A stretch of 63,289 nt of DNA, counting the filler, from Perkinsus olseni (Eukaryota): assembly GCA_013115125.1 (NCBI GenBank). It is 23 parts of 23 records of this genome, joined end to end, with 100 filler letters (N's around TTAATTAATTAA, not from the genome) between each part and the next. Parts side by side here need not be neighbours in the genome. Positions count along the whole stretch, not along the records: positions 36,144 to 38,789 come from JABANN010001524.1; positions 38,890 to 41,525 come from JABANN010001525.1; positions 41,626 to 44,258 come from JABANN010001526.1; positions 44,359 to 46,984 come from JABANN010001527.1; positions 47,085 to 49,709 come from JABANN010001528.1; 18 more parts are not named here. One strand, written 5' to 3'. The notes below the pieces were generated by a model. That model saw only the letters and a list, made by a program, of their open reading frames with translations, was not told where the DNA came from and searched no databases. The position numbers and the translations under genes were made by a program. Below are positions 37,260 to 49,809 of this stretch, one piece after another. The stretch's first letter is position 1; every line of letters starts with the position of its first letter.

Positions 37260-37399
37260 TAGTGGACTGCAACTACCATCAACGAGTATTAAACCAGTAT
37301 AGCAAAGGACGAGGTGATGGTATGAAGTCGTAGGTAATACTATAACACAATATGATGATGATCAATGATGATGACGATGATGGTATCGTTGGTGTAGTA

Positions 37400-38360
37400 T
37401 TACTCCTCCTTGCTCATCACATCGCTGTATTTCAGTTGGCTCAGTTTAACGATGCCCCTGATGAAGAGCATGACGATGAGTTGTGATTGTTATGGTATTA
37501 TTATTATTACAGATGAGCATCATAGATGGCATGCTGTACATATAGCCCGAAGAACAGTCCCACTGGTGGTGTACACAGTAAGACCCAAGATGATGCTCTA
37601 GGACCAGTACCATCAGGACCAGCATCAGTCCTAACACGAGGAGATACTCGATAACAAGTATGATCATGCTGTTGCTGTTGTTGTTACCATATGGACACAA
37701 CCCATCCTATTATGTATATAATGATTGGCATAAGGCCCCCTTTAATAATGCTCCATTTAACATTACCATACTCCTGCCGTAGTAGTTCTTGTACCGCGTA
37801 TTCATGATCCATAATGGCAATATCGTAGGTACGATTGAGGGACTTTAATAGTAGTCCACAGCCCAACAAGGTCACTGGTAAATAATGATACGATGATGAT
37901 ATCAATGTTGATGATGGTGATGCTAAGAAGGACAGTATCTACCATCACAGATAAGGGTAATAGTCAGCATGATGATGAGTATTACCAATGTTAATACAGC
38001 CGAATTTGAATTAACTGCTGCTACTAGATTCACTCCAGTGACCTGTTGTATTATTGCTGTTACATACCATCCCATGCATAACATAGTAAACATGAGGTGA
38101 TATTCACGCCAGCGTTTGGAGCACCTTAAGGGCACATCTTCATAACAGCAACAGCAGCAGCATGAGTAATAGTAAGACGACACTTATACTTATACCTCTC
38201 ATTATTACTACTATTACTCTTCTATGATATTATTCATATTCTTTATGAACTCCCGTTGACTTTTCTCATCCATTGGCTTCACCACATTCCTGTCAGGTCC
38301 CTCCTCCTCCCCCTCTTGGTGGGGTTTTCTATTATGACTACTCGCTTTAGAGGAGGCCAT
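37400..38360 (-). CDS. Spliced hypothetical multi-pass membrane protein
   Basis: ATG at 38360 (MASSKASSHNRKPH...), hydrophobic exons separated by short AT-rich introns, ending ...KYSDVMSKEE*. Confidence 0.6.
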
Positions 38361-38716
38361 TTATTACTCTCAATGACATGTTGATCATCATCATCACCAT
38401 TAATACAACTATGCACTTCTAACACAATACACCATCGATAATAAGGAACAGGAAACACTATAGTGATGATGATAAGTCTCGAATGAGTATAACCGTACTC
38501 TACTCATCCGTACTGGCAGCTGGGTGAGTATCATTCTCTTGCTCATCTTGTTTATCTTGCGTTTCCTCCTCATTACTACTAGTAGCAGCAGGATTCTCCA
38601 TGAAGAAGTACTTCAATCGATAGGCATCGGAGCCATTAAGGTAGTATCTAGGAATAAGAGGAAGAATAGTAATAACAACAACGATCGATAGGACTATCGA
38701 CAGGACTGTTGGTGTC

Positions 38717-38717
<1 letters not shown>

Positions 38718-38789
<72 letters not shown>
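38718..38789 (+). repeat. (TTA)n microsatellite
   Basis: Perfect run at the contig end. Confidence 0.97.
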
Positions 38790-38889
38790 NNNNNNNNNNN
38801 NNNNNNNNNNNNNNNNNNNNNNNNNNNNNNNNNTTAATTAATTAANNNNNNNNNNNNNNNNNNNNNNNNNNNNNNNNNNNNNNNNNNNN

Positions 38890-39876
38890 GATGTAGATCA
38901 TGTGCTAGTCTCGAGTATGGAGCTATTTTATGAAAGTGGTGTACCTAATATGGTACTGAGTGATCAAGGTTCGGTGTTCACAGCGCTAAGGTATCAACAG
39001 TTCCTGACCGAGCATTCTATCCTTCATGCCTATACATTTCCGTACGAGGAAACCCGGCGAGGATGGTTGGAACGGCCCCATAAAGAGATTGGGGTCATGC
39101 TACGTTGTCTCCAAGTTGAGTCCGGGAAGAAGTTGGAGGAGCTGAGCGTTAATGAGTTGCGGATGTGGGTATGCAGATTATGCTTTGTTCATAACAATAT
39201 GGTTTTTGATGAGGATGATAACGATAAGGAGTTAACCCCTTGGTTATGTAATAGAATTACTAGGGGTCTAGATGATGTTCTCTCTCCGCTGGAAGATGAT
39301 GATATTGAGAAGATTCGTGGTTGGTTGTCTTCTGGACTGTGTTTGGACGATTGTTATGACGTGTTAGATAGTGCTAGTAAGGAGTTACGTGAGGCCTGGT
39401 CGACTTCCATCGAACACATGAAGGAGCTCTGGTTGGAGAGAAGATCTGAAGTTAGGAAGCGCCTTGCTCGTTATCGTAAAAGTGACAATTTGAAGATCGG
39501 CGATATTGTGTGGAAGCGTAATATGCCGGTTAAGAAGTTGGGTGAGCTATTTTCCGGTCCTTTCGAAGTCTGTGGGCGAGAAGGCTCGACTATCAGGCTC
39601 AAGGATGTTATGAGTGGTGCTAAGACTAGTTGTCCCATCGAGATGCTTAAGAAGGGTAGACGTGGCCGAAAACGACCAGTAAAGGAATCCTTCATGAAGG
39701 ACGTGGCTGTGCAGGCAGTCGATGAAGACCCGAACAAAGTTATCAACCCTGATGATGTGACACGGCTTGCGGCAACACTGGCTAACGAGTCTGGGGTGAT
39801 GACGCGTTCTAAAAAGCGGCTGCTGGAGACGGTGTCGAAGCTTGCTGATAGTAACAAGGTCGCTCGTACCAAGTAA
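38890..39876 (+). mobile_element. LTR retrotransposon integrase core and C-terminus
   Basis: VLSDQGSVF (second Asp), RRGWLERPHKEI (Glu), and a GPY/F module LKIGDIVW....KKLGELFSGPFEV. Confidence 0.9.
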
Positions 39877-39912
39877 GAGTGTAGAGGCGGATCTCTAACT
39901 GATCTAAGCCAT

Positions 39913-40152
39913 GAGGCTTGGGGGAGTGTGACGAGATCCGAAGTTTTCTTCTTAGCTGTTCTGGTCCTCTGTTGATGTGATTAATCTTTTGTGTTACGCT
40001 GTCCCTTCTGAGAGTATGTGATGATTTGATTACTGTTAATATTTGCGCTCGCGTGCAATTCTATTGTGTCAATATCTTAGTGTTTGTGTCACGCTACGTG
40101 CGCTAGTTATGAAACGGTTTATAATAATAATAATAAGTAGACAAAGTTTACA
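39913..40152 (+). mobile_element. Polypurine tract and 3' LTR (39927 to about 40152)
   Basis: GAGGCTTGGGGGAG lies immediately before TGTGACG, 50 bp after the pol stop. The AT-rich LTR most plausibly ends at ...GTTTACA; the exact end is uncertain. Confidence 0.7.
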
Positions 40153-41525
40153 AGTCGGTGAAACGGTTACTCCTGTACCTCTTCTACCCTACCACTGGTT
40201 GCGTTACTGGGTTCATTTCTGCACACACTGTTCACGCCAAAACTCAACGTGACTCCGCAGTCACACATACTGCGGACACCGAGGATAGCATTCTTACTGC
40301 GGCCTCCTTACGGACCCATCAGCTAACGTCACCCGCAAGGATTCGGATACCCCACGACTGGACGTTCCCAAGCCGAACTTTTCCACCAACGAGGCGGAAA
40401 TATAATTATAGTAGGCTCCCGTATCCAGCAAGGCTGGCAGTACCTTGTCCTTCTCAAGAGGAATGTTTACCATAGGACCAGCCAGCTTTTCCTTAGCTTT
40501 AGACACAGCACAAGTATCTGGGTCGTTGTCCGCAATGTTCAACAGCCGTTGGGTAATCTCCACAGTCTTAGAAGGGTCGACAGCTTCAGAGTTCACCTGG
40601 GGAACACCGACCGACACAGGACTCGAGGACACAGGAGAAGCTTGGGATGTGGTAACCGCTGGTCGTTGTTCGGGGTCTCGAGGCTTAGGACGATCTTCGC
40701 TGGGGTCGATGTGAGCGAACTTACAACTTTTTCCGAAACGACACTTCCCAGAACGACGCCAACTGTAACAGATCTTCTTACTAGGCGCTCTTCTAGAGGC
40801 ATCACCGCCAGATTCGGAAACTGAGTTGACCTTTCCCGAACCTCCACGGGAACCATCTTTAGGTCCAGTAATCATACGCTCGCGCATAACCAAGGTAGTG
40901 GCCAATTGGCTATAAGATAGACGACCACCAGCATTGGCCATACGATCCACAGCAACCTCCTTCACATCTTGTCGAAGGGAACTGAGCAGAGCGGCCACTA
41001 ATCTTCCATTATCCAAGACCACACCATGAGAAGCAAGATCCGCTACAGTGGTCTCAAAGCGATTAAGGAAAGAGGCAGTCGATTCTGACCTTGATTGCCG
41101 TAGGGCTAAGAGCTCCTGCTCAGACTTCCACGAACCAGTATCACCATCAAGGCCAGCCGTTAACATCTCAAGCTCCTTCATAAGACGGTCATATTCCTCC
41201 TTCCACTTTCGAGCCGGGGCATTCGGGGGCGGAGCCCTCGGCCTAAGTCGTAATTGAACATTATCTGCAATGTTCCTCGTCAAAGCATAATACCTTAGCA
41301 CATAGTCGTTATAACCACGAGAGTCGCATAAGGCGTAGAACTTCCGACGCCACGATGGGAAACTACGAGTGTCAGTGAAACCAGAGTAACATGTACCGTC
41401 AATGATCTTAACGGACTCTACCTCTTTCCGAGATTCTCGGATCGATTTAGCGTCAATATCATCATCCAATATGACAACATCATCTGTAGCAGTAGGGCCA
41501 GTAACATTCCCAGTAGGCAGATCGC
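40153..41525 (-). mobile_element. LTR retrotransposon gag-protease with a CCCH zinc finger; protease disrupted
   Basis: Gag motif LRQSRSESTASFLNRFE; finger CYSWRRSGKCRFGKSCKFAH; protease ALLDTGAYYNYIS...VTLADGS, then a frameshift to the C-terminal NAILGVRSMCDCGVTLSF. Confidence 0.88.
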
Positions 41526-41625
41526 NNNNNNNNNNNNNNNNNNNNNNNNNNNNNNNNNNNNNNNNNNNNTTAATTAATTAANNNNNNNNNNNNNNNNNNN
41601 NNNNNNNNNNNNNNNNNNNNNNNNN

Positions 41626-41905
41626 CAACTCTGACTTATACACTATACTCCGCAGAATTAACTGGTTCGGTCTTGAGACCCTCAAGTTCACCTACAATGC
41701 TGTAGACAACCGTCTATTCCTAGCGGAGAGGAGCCAGAACGCCCAGCTATTCCAACTCCTCGGATGCGCCGCACCCATCGAGAACTACTCGGATGGGAAG
41801 TTGGTTGTTGTTGATGATGAAGATGAAGACCCCAAATTAGACTTCCCCTCAGCTGTCATGCAATCAGTACGGGATGTTATCGACTTCATCTTCGGAAAAG
41901 AATGA
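41626..41905 (+). CDS. 3' end of a hypothetical protein
   Basis: Open frame from the contig start: NSDLYTILRRINWFG...RDVIDFIFGKE*. Confidence 0.45.
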
Positions 41906-42053
41906 GATCCTGTATTTAAGCTCTTGTGTATTTTGCCCACAACCTCTTATGTCTAAACCGCAGGCGAGGATGCGCTGTATTCTAAATGTAATGTATTCCT
42001 TTAACTTTTTGGCTGTATTAAAGTGCGTTCTTCCTCTATGTTCCTATCTAACC

Positions 42054-42205
42054 CTGTGACATATCCTTTCACTCTTATAAGCACCTTGTAATCGTGCTTT
42101 CTCTGTTTCCTCTGCTTCTGAGTTCTCTGTGACATAGCCTTTCACTTTTGATAAGCACCTTGTAATCGTGCTTTCTCCGCTTCCTCTGCTTCTGAGTTCT
42201 CAGTG
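42054..42205 (+). repeat. ~72-bp tandem duplication
   Basis: Two copies of ...TTCACT..ATAAGCACCTTGTAATCGTGCTTTCTC..TTCCTCTGCTTCTGAGTTCTC between convergent genes. Confidence 0.9.
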
Positions 42206-42270
42206 TGTGCGGTGACCGACTGCGTGCTGTTAAGAACTCAGATCCCTCAGGTAATGCAGTGAAACAAACG

Positions 42271-44258
42271 TTAAGCCTCGTCGTCATCAGCATCTGCTCT
42301 GCCAGCCACAAACTTTGCCGCTGACTTACTATCGACAGCCGCGGCCTCGAGTGCCTTCTTCCGGGCTTCTGCTTGAGCCACATGCGTATAGTACCTACCG
42401 TCAGACATCTCCGCGCCAACAACCAACGAACATGGAAAAAGCTCGGAGGATACTCCCATCATGGGAGATGCGGCTTCGCCTTCCTTTCGAGGCTGCAAGT
42501 CGAGTGGAGAGAATGTATTCCGACTCGCGCAAGCTTCATACAGTCGTTCTCTATACGCATGTACTCACGCAGCTAGGAAGTCGCGAATCTTACATTCTGC
42601 CTTTCGGGATCTGCTCTTGCGGGTCTGGGTCCCCAGGTCGCGGCCGAGCCCAGAACTTCGTGCAGTTGTCATGACTTCCGGAGACCATTAGATGACCAAG
42701 TGGATGGTAAGCCAAGGCCCAAATGGATCTGAGAAGGGACTCTCAACCCCAGACCGACACAGAGCGACGCCCTGTCGATCGGAATTCTGGTATAACTGAA
42801 AAGACCCGGAGTGCGAGATATCGCGGTTCGAAGTTCAGCAGGTTCCTTATTTTCAGCTAGGTGAAGGGTGGGCAATATCTTACCCATCATGGGCTCCTAT
42901 TAAGGATTCTACTGGCTTAGAATCCTGTGCGACATCCCAGTGGCATATCTGGCCATCGTAACTGCCTGAACAGAATATACCAACCGCAGTTGGGTGCCAT
43001 GATAAACCTGAGGGTGAGGATGAGAAGAGCGGACTACTCGCAAGGACCCTACTTGTAATCTCACGCGTATGACCCTTGAACACCTTATCAATACTCATCT
43101 TCCTGACGTCCATCATTTTGATGAGCTGATCTCGACTGCCCGATATCAGCCACTGGCCATTGGGGCTCCATCGTACTCTTCCAACAACGGACTACAGGAG
43201 CACCAACGATGCGCAATGAATCGGAACTCGAAAGAAGATGGCCATGTCACCTTATGTGCGTAGATAGTAGTGATGGCCTCGCTCTGTCGGGGATCCCACA
43301 GCTTTATGTTGAAGTCTTTAGAGCCAGTGGCCACTAGGCTCATCGACGGATGCCAATCTATTGTCTTCACCTCCCATCCATGCCCGTTGAATGTACCTTC
43401 GATAGTCATAGTGGTAGTCTATCGGGTTGAATGATTTCTACGTTCCTCTTTGAAAGTAGGGAAGTCCCAAAGTTTCGCAGCATTCTCATCAGCACATGAG
43501 ACGAACTTCGCTCCCGAGGGCGATACGCCTGATGACAGACAAGATCGTGTTGTCTCCTTCCATTCAGCACCGTCGTCCTACTCAGATCCCTGAGTGTCTC
43601 TTGATGAGCTTCGATTTGTTTGAAGCAGAAGTAATTCGCGTTCCATACCTATCAGTGGCGTGCTGGCCACGATAAACCAACCAACTAACAGGTTCACTAC
43701 CTTTATTAATCCACTCGAGTCTCCGGAGAGAAGGTTCGCGCCATCGGGAGTCCACTTCATCGCTCGAATAGATGCCGTGTGTGCCTGACACGAGAATGGA
43801 GGGCTTGGACGCCGAGCGCAGTGATGGATACCTGCATCAAGTTCTCGAAGTTGAAGTGAACTCCATTCCAGAGCGTGAACTCTCCCGTCTGGGAACCAGT
43901 CAGGACACGCTGCCCTGAAAGAAAAAAAGATATGACCCTTCCTTGCGACAACCTCGGTACCATTGGGCTGCCACTCCACGCAGTTGATAGCACAGCGCAT
44001 CTTGTTTATAGCAGTATGAATGTACTTGCATAGAAAAGGAGACTCGTATCCTAGATACCCCGGCCCCATCTGAGAAGCCAAAGATCACACCTTCGCGAGA
44101 AAGCTCCTCCGCTACATCTTTCATGTAAGACAAGTGGGCCTTCTGATTCCCAGTCTTGTACAGAGGCCGATGCTGCGTCAACAACATATCTGTCTTGTAC
44201 TTTATTAACGTCGGATTGTAATCTATCATCCGCCGCAAGTACTTCCTGAACGACAGGC
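42271..44258 (-). CDS. WDR33: Pre-mRNA 3'-end processing WD40 protein (WDR33/Pfs2/FY), multi-exon, 5' partial
   Basis: [66 protein letters not shown]...[38 protein letters not shown]. Confidence 0.95.
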
Positions 44259-44358
44259 NNNNNNNNNNNNNNNNNNNNNNNNNNNNNNNNNNNNNNNNNN
44301 NNTTAATTAATTAANNNNNNNNNNNNNNNNNNNNNNNNNNNNNNNNNNNNNNNNNNNN

Positions 44359-44522
44359 GTCAGACCCTAGCCGTCAAGGAGTGCACTATCATAGCCGCCT
44401 TCCTCTTGAGACATTTTGATGATATGCGTTTTACTCTTGGTTATGATGACGTTAAGGAGACTATGTGGCTCAACCGTGTACCAGAAAACTTGAAAGTCAC
44501 CATGTCCCTCAGGAGCTACTGA
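44359..44522 (+). CDS. Cytochrome P450, C-terminal end
   Basis: (G)QTLAVKECTIIAAFLLRHFD corresponds to the helix after the heme Cys (CxGxxLAxxE). Confidence 0.75.
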
Positions 44523-46234
44523 GGAGGACTGCCTAGTCCTCCTGGTACAACCATTACTTCTACTTTCACAACTAGCGCTGCAACTAGCGCTGCAACTAGC
44601 GAGACGTCAGAAGTATATTCAGAGAGGTCACCTCGGGCCATACTTAAGCTTAAAGCACTATGCTTCTTAACGCTCAACGCGAACCAGATATCACCTCAAT
44701 CCTTTTGCGACGAAGTACTGGGTCGGACACTGGCTTTGCCGTTTTGTTTCCTAAATGGGCTTTACCGGTCAGAGGGTGTTGTGTTGTTAGTGGACGTGTC
44801 GATAAGAGGGAGGGTGGTAGGTGGTATGGCAGACCTTCTGGGGAAGTATCAAGGGAGCGAGGAGAGAAGGTTCAACTGGCCTGCTGTGGTGTGGCGAAGA
44901 GGATCTGCCAGCTCATAGTCGAGACGAGGACGATGGGCCTCGATAATCACAGCAGCTTCTTCGACTATGATGAGATAATCCAGCCGGCTGAGTGGGTCGA
45001 TGTAGCGGCCGGATGAGCAGGGCATTCTAGCGAGAACACCGGTGATGCTGGTTGCTCGTGTTTCTTAGCCTAAGATCCTCATGGTTCTGCGACAGGGCAC
45101 TTCGGAGGACTCGGGTTTAAACTCGGAGATCGAGGTCTGAACTCACCACTCGGAGGTCTACGTGATAGTGGCAGTGAAGGAGACGGTTGTGTTATGGTAC
45201 AGTATCATCATTCTGCACTTCTTTCTACGTACTCTTGTCGTGGTCGTCTGCTACTACTGTCGTACCACTGCTTTTGAAATTAGTGTATCCCCCATGTATC
45301 GATTGAATGCAGTAGAGAATAATAACACCACCGCATGGAAGACACACCAGTCTTATGATGGCCGGCGGCAATTTTGGGGGGCAGCCTGGCATGCAAGGAG
45401 ATATCAAGATGGAATTGTGTTGAAGTGCATCACGATTGGTTGGGGAGACTGTTCAGCGGTTCTAGGAACTCTAACAACGAGTATAGCTCCTTTACACCTG
45501 CGAGGCTCCCTTAGAACGGTGGCAAATTGCTATTACCAAAACGCGATCTCGTCGTAGGAGGTTGTCAGGACGGACCCAGGTTGGGTGATGCCGCGCAACC
45601 TTTCAAATGCTCTGACCGTGCGACGGCTGTGATTAGGTGTAGGAAGTATGAAGCTGCGGTGGAAGACAGGATGCACGTGAGTGCAGCTCGCTGCCCGGTG
45701 GATCTGATCCGGTCTCCTCTCCGCGCAAGGAGCGCGATTGGAAGATGTCCGCACGGTCCTAGGAGCAGTACAGTGAAGAAAGTAGTTCCTCAAGAATAAC
45801 GGGCTTTTGGCCGCCAACCGAGATGGGACGTGGGCGGCTCGGGGCTGGGTGCGTCAGTCGCCAACCGTCTAGCTCGCCTGTGACTCGAGTCGAGTTTTCT
45901 CGTCGCTAACGTGGCTCAGTCCGGTATCTGGGAGGTGCCCTGCAGCCTGTCACAGGATTCCTGTGTCTCACTGCCCTGAATGCGACGGTGCATGCGAAGT
46001 CGCCACCCTCATCCGAAGATACCAGAGTGCATTTCGCTCGCCAACGGTTTCTAGACATCCTGCATGTAATGGGCTCCATTGTCTATATCATCAAATCAAA
46101 GCTCGCTGGGGCTTAGCTTGTTCGCCATCTATTCCCGCGGGGCTTCTCTCCTCTCGCTCCCCTCAGTTTACAGAGTTGCTTGCGTGTATCTCCAGGCGTG
46201 TGTTTTGTAGATTTGTTCTCCCCCGATCGCGCTC

Positions 46235-46984
46235 ATGCTCTCCGCCCTCTCTGCCGGGATAAACCCAGAGCTCATCAGCATCGTCCGTCGTTATGCTCCA
46301 AGAGCCGTTGAAGGAGGTGCGGTACTCCTCGTCAGCTTGTGTGTGGCGAAGCTCATCGATACCCTTATCAAGTCTATCAAACCAGTGCCGTTCCCCGGCC
46401 CCAAGGTGAGCTCCTTCATCGGATCACTTAGGTCAGTGCTGGTGACGGCTCACTCAGGGAGTTCCCTTTTTCGGGATGGCTCTCGAACTTGACCAGGAGA
46501 AAGCCCTGGCCTGCATGCGAGTCTGGAATAAGCAGTATGGCAAGACTATCGGCTTCCGGTGAGCCATGATCAGCTCGTGGCCCTATAATTGGGTGTGAGT
46601 TTATGCTTTCTCTTTGGGGTCCTCAATAGATGTGGTCCGTCGACGAGCTATTGTAACGGTCTTTGTGAGTTGTGATTCCTCGTATTTCCCCGCCAGTTAA
46701 TTTTGTGGTCTTCAGGGTTTTTTCGACCCCGTACGTCGTCACCCAGAAACCAGAGACTATCAGGAAATTGATGAAGGATCGTGTCAAGGGCTACCACATG
46801 CGTCAGTTCAATTCGCTGGACCTGTTACCGAGGTCTGGCGTATTCCTAAGCGAGGGTGACCACTGGAGGCTCAACAGGAAGGCTGCAGAGCCCGCTCTGT
46901 CCGAGTCCAGCGCGGATAGTATGGTCCCCACTATGACCCAGATGGCCAAGAGAATGGTATGTCATCGGGCATGGGCACATCGTT
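46235..46984 (+). CDS. Cytochrome P450, N-terminal exons (3' partial)
   Basis: Membrane anchor, PFPGPK|GVPFFG, KQYG, PYVVTQKPETIRKLM, GVFLSEGDHWRLNRK...PAL; GT-AG introns. Confidence 0.9.
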
Positions 46985-47084
46985 NNNNNNNNNNNNNNNN
47001 NNNNNNNNNNNNNNNNNNNNNNNNNNNNTTAATTAATTAANNNNNNNNNNNNNNNNNNNNNNNNNNNNNNNNNNNNNNNNNNNN

Positions 47085-47274
47085 TATACCAATATCCGAA
47101 GTTATCGAATGTGTAGTCCACCATATTTATTCCACCAGACGGCAGGAAGTTTCCACCAAGGAACTCCGACGAGTAGATGTCGTCTGCAGCGTGACTGCTA
47201 CACCAGTCGACCTCGTTGGAGGCGTACACCGTTCCAATCAAGGCAGCAGCGAGACTCGAGACCAGAAAGACCAT
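47085..47274 (-). CDS. N-terminus of a secreted protein (truncated)
   Basis: Signal peptide MVFLVSSLAAALIGTVYA; the frame is open to the contig edge. Confidence 0.55.
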
Positions 47275-49494
47275 CCTTCTTTGAAGGGTAGAGGTGTCTG
47301 TAACGTTGAGTGGACCCCGTACGATATAGCGCTAGCCTAGCGTCGAGAGGGTAGACAAATTACGCAATCCAAGGCGCGTACCGAGGTAGAACACTTGGAG
47401 AGGACAGGCAACAATGCCCTGTGAGATTCAAACCACGTCACTGTAGGGAAGAAGCTGAACTTCGACGAAGAACGCTCATGACAATAGCGAACAGTCCACG
47501 CACCCTAGTTGCCACGATTGCTGTGGTAGTCAGGCAGCCATGGGGCACGGCATTTCGGCATGAATGGAACACTGTCAGCTGACCATGCACAACTGCAATT
47601 TCTGTTATGATGATGTGATCTCCTTTAAGCTCACAGAGATGTTACGGTCAAGAACAAGAACGTAGGAAGGAATACTGGTATGGTCAATATCGGAGTTTGT
47701 CGGGCAGCACCCCGCAGTGGGGAGGGGGGGAGAACTGTAAAGAAGGTCTGTTGAAGGTGGTTCACCCGTCTCCATTGAATCGCAATTTGGGACCGGCGCA
47801 TGTGAGGGGACGTAGAACCATTAAGGACTACACCGCGGCTATGGTGGCTATGCTTTCTAGCTCGAGAATTGCGCGTCGGTCCACATCCGCTGCAACGTTG
47901 TGGAGCTATGCCCCCTACCACGATGGTTTCACCCACTGTAAAACCTCAGGTCTTCCTCATGCAGCTCATATCATGCAATATGCTGGAGGTTTATAATAAG
48001 TTCGGTCGGTTATGGAAGATAGAATATTCGAAATGTGACCAAGCCATGATCAAAGTGACGGCTTCGCTGAGCGATCTCTGACGCCTCGTCACGAAGGTCT
48101 AGTACCAAAGTTGATCCAAAGCTCAACAGTCAAGGCGCCGATCCATCGATCAGTCATCGGGATTCGGCAGGGTCGTGTTTCCTAATTCTCAAACGAGGGA
48201 TGAACAACCCATGATGATTCGTGAAGAATCATAATGATGCGACGAGATGAGCCGGGAATGGTGGCTCGCTATATCAACTCAGGAGAGCTCACATTACAGG
48301 TGGTCAATTCGATAGACCGCAAGTCGCGGTCCGCAGCAAGTCATCTTGCATGTCACCGGAAACTGATATGCATCGAAATCGTCTCGAAGAAGGTTGTCGG
48401 CACTGTTGCGTTAGGCTCCAAGTTAGGGACACACAGAACTGTGCAGTTGCATTGCGAAAGATCGAGAAAGCTCAAGTGAGCAAGATACTTAAACTGGGGC
48501 TCATTTTGTGTTCCTGGATTTGACCCCACGGAGTCCGTGGCACGGACCGAGCATCGCCCGAGGGAATAGTTTGCAATGTAAATTTCGCAGTCGCGAGGCC
48601 CCGGGATGGTGGTCCCAGCCTGGAACTCCCAGGGCGATGCGTCTGTTTGGTCGTTGAGGTCTATAACAGTCTCCGTTGTGAGCGACGACTTGTGACTCAT
48701 ATTCCATCGCGCCAAACGGGGTTGGTTCTTTTCATTCTAGAAAGTTTTCTCCCCAAACGGGCCCCCTGATATGGCTCAGGCGTTCCTCGGTGGCTCTCAA
48801 GTCCGCCGTACGACCGAGGTTGCGGATGCTATTCACAGAATTGAATTCCGGGAATGCAGTTTGTCGAGCATCCACTGGATTCGGTCGCATTAGATGGAGA
48901 CGGTCGAAGCCTCAAAATCAGGTGATCGGAGCACGCATCGTTAGAGACATCGATACCAAGGACTCTGGCGGGAACTTCATGCTGAAGAGCCGCCCTTGGT
49001 AACCCATGCAGACTCTGCTTTGCAGAGAGAATATGAGATGTTCAATATGTGTGTTACATGCGTTGGGACGGAGCCCGTCTCCTGAGGTTATGAGTATCTT
49101 AGCAATACAATGATGATGGTCATCACACCTTTCACGGAGTACGTTCAGAGTCATGCGTCGCATGCCAGTGACACCGACATGTGGCGCATGACGTTGATGA
49201 TGGGGGGGTTGACCCTGGGTGAAGGGTTTGAATCCGGAAGGGACCTAGGCGGGACCGTCAGGAGCAGGAAATGTAGAACTGACGAATTAATTGGCGAACG
49301 CGTTGGTGAGCAGTGTTTAGCGGCGTATCTGGGGTGGACTACCTGGTGACGCTCAGGCTCCATCATGGGAGGCTGGTCTGGACCCCAAACCAGCCTCCCT
49401 TGGCTCGAACTTTGGGCGGGGTGGGCTAGGATCGAGAACTCGGATAACGATCCCGGTGTCTTGTCCATAACAAGCGACCGCTCTACCGTCCGAG

Positions 49495-49709
49495 CTATAC
49501 CATTCAGAAGTCTATTTGGAGGATAGGGCCGTTGCCTATATGGGGGTCGAGGATATCTATACCATTCAGAAGTCTATTTGGCGGATAAGGCCGTTGCCTA
49601 TATGGGGGTCGAGGATATCTATACCATTCAGAAGTCTATTTGGCGGATAAGGCCGTTGCCTATATGGGGGTCGAGGATATCTATACCATTCAGAAGTCTA
49701 TTTGGCGGA
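49495..49709 (+). repeat. 62-bp tandem repeat (about 3.5 copies, truncated)
   Basis: Unit CTATACCATTCAGAAGTCTATTTGGCGGATAAGGCCGTTGCCTATATGGGGGTCGAGGATAT with an exact period of 62. Confidence 0.97.
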
Positions 49710-49809
49710 NNNNNNNNNNNNNNNNNNNNNNNNNNNNNNNNNNNNNNNNNNNNTTAATTAATTAANNNNNNNNNNNNNNNNNNNNNNNNNNNNNNNNNNN
49801 NNNNNNNNN

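Noticed and set aside
40196-40213. TGGTTGCGTTACTGGGTT as a PBS implying a tandem LTR element
   Set aside because: The same bases lie in the minus-strand frame continuing the protease tail of the interrupted element, and the spacing does not fit a tRNA 3' end well.
47300-49490. Short ORFs in this contig as genes
   Set aside because: No motifs and no consistent exon chain; probably decayed or non-coding sequence.
49495-49709. 62-bp repeat as a CRISPR array
   Set aside because: The units are contiguous with no unique spacers, the context is eukaryotic, and there are no cas genes.
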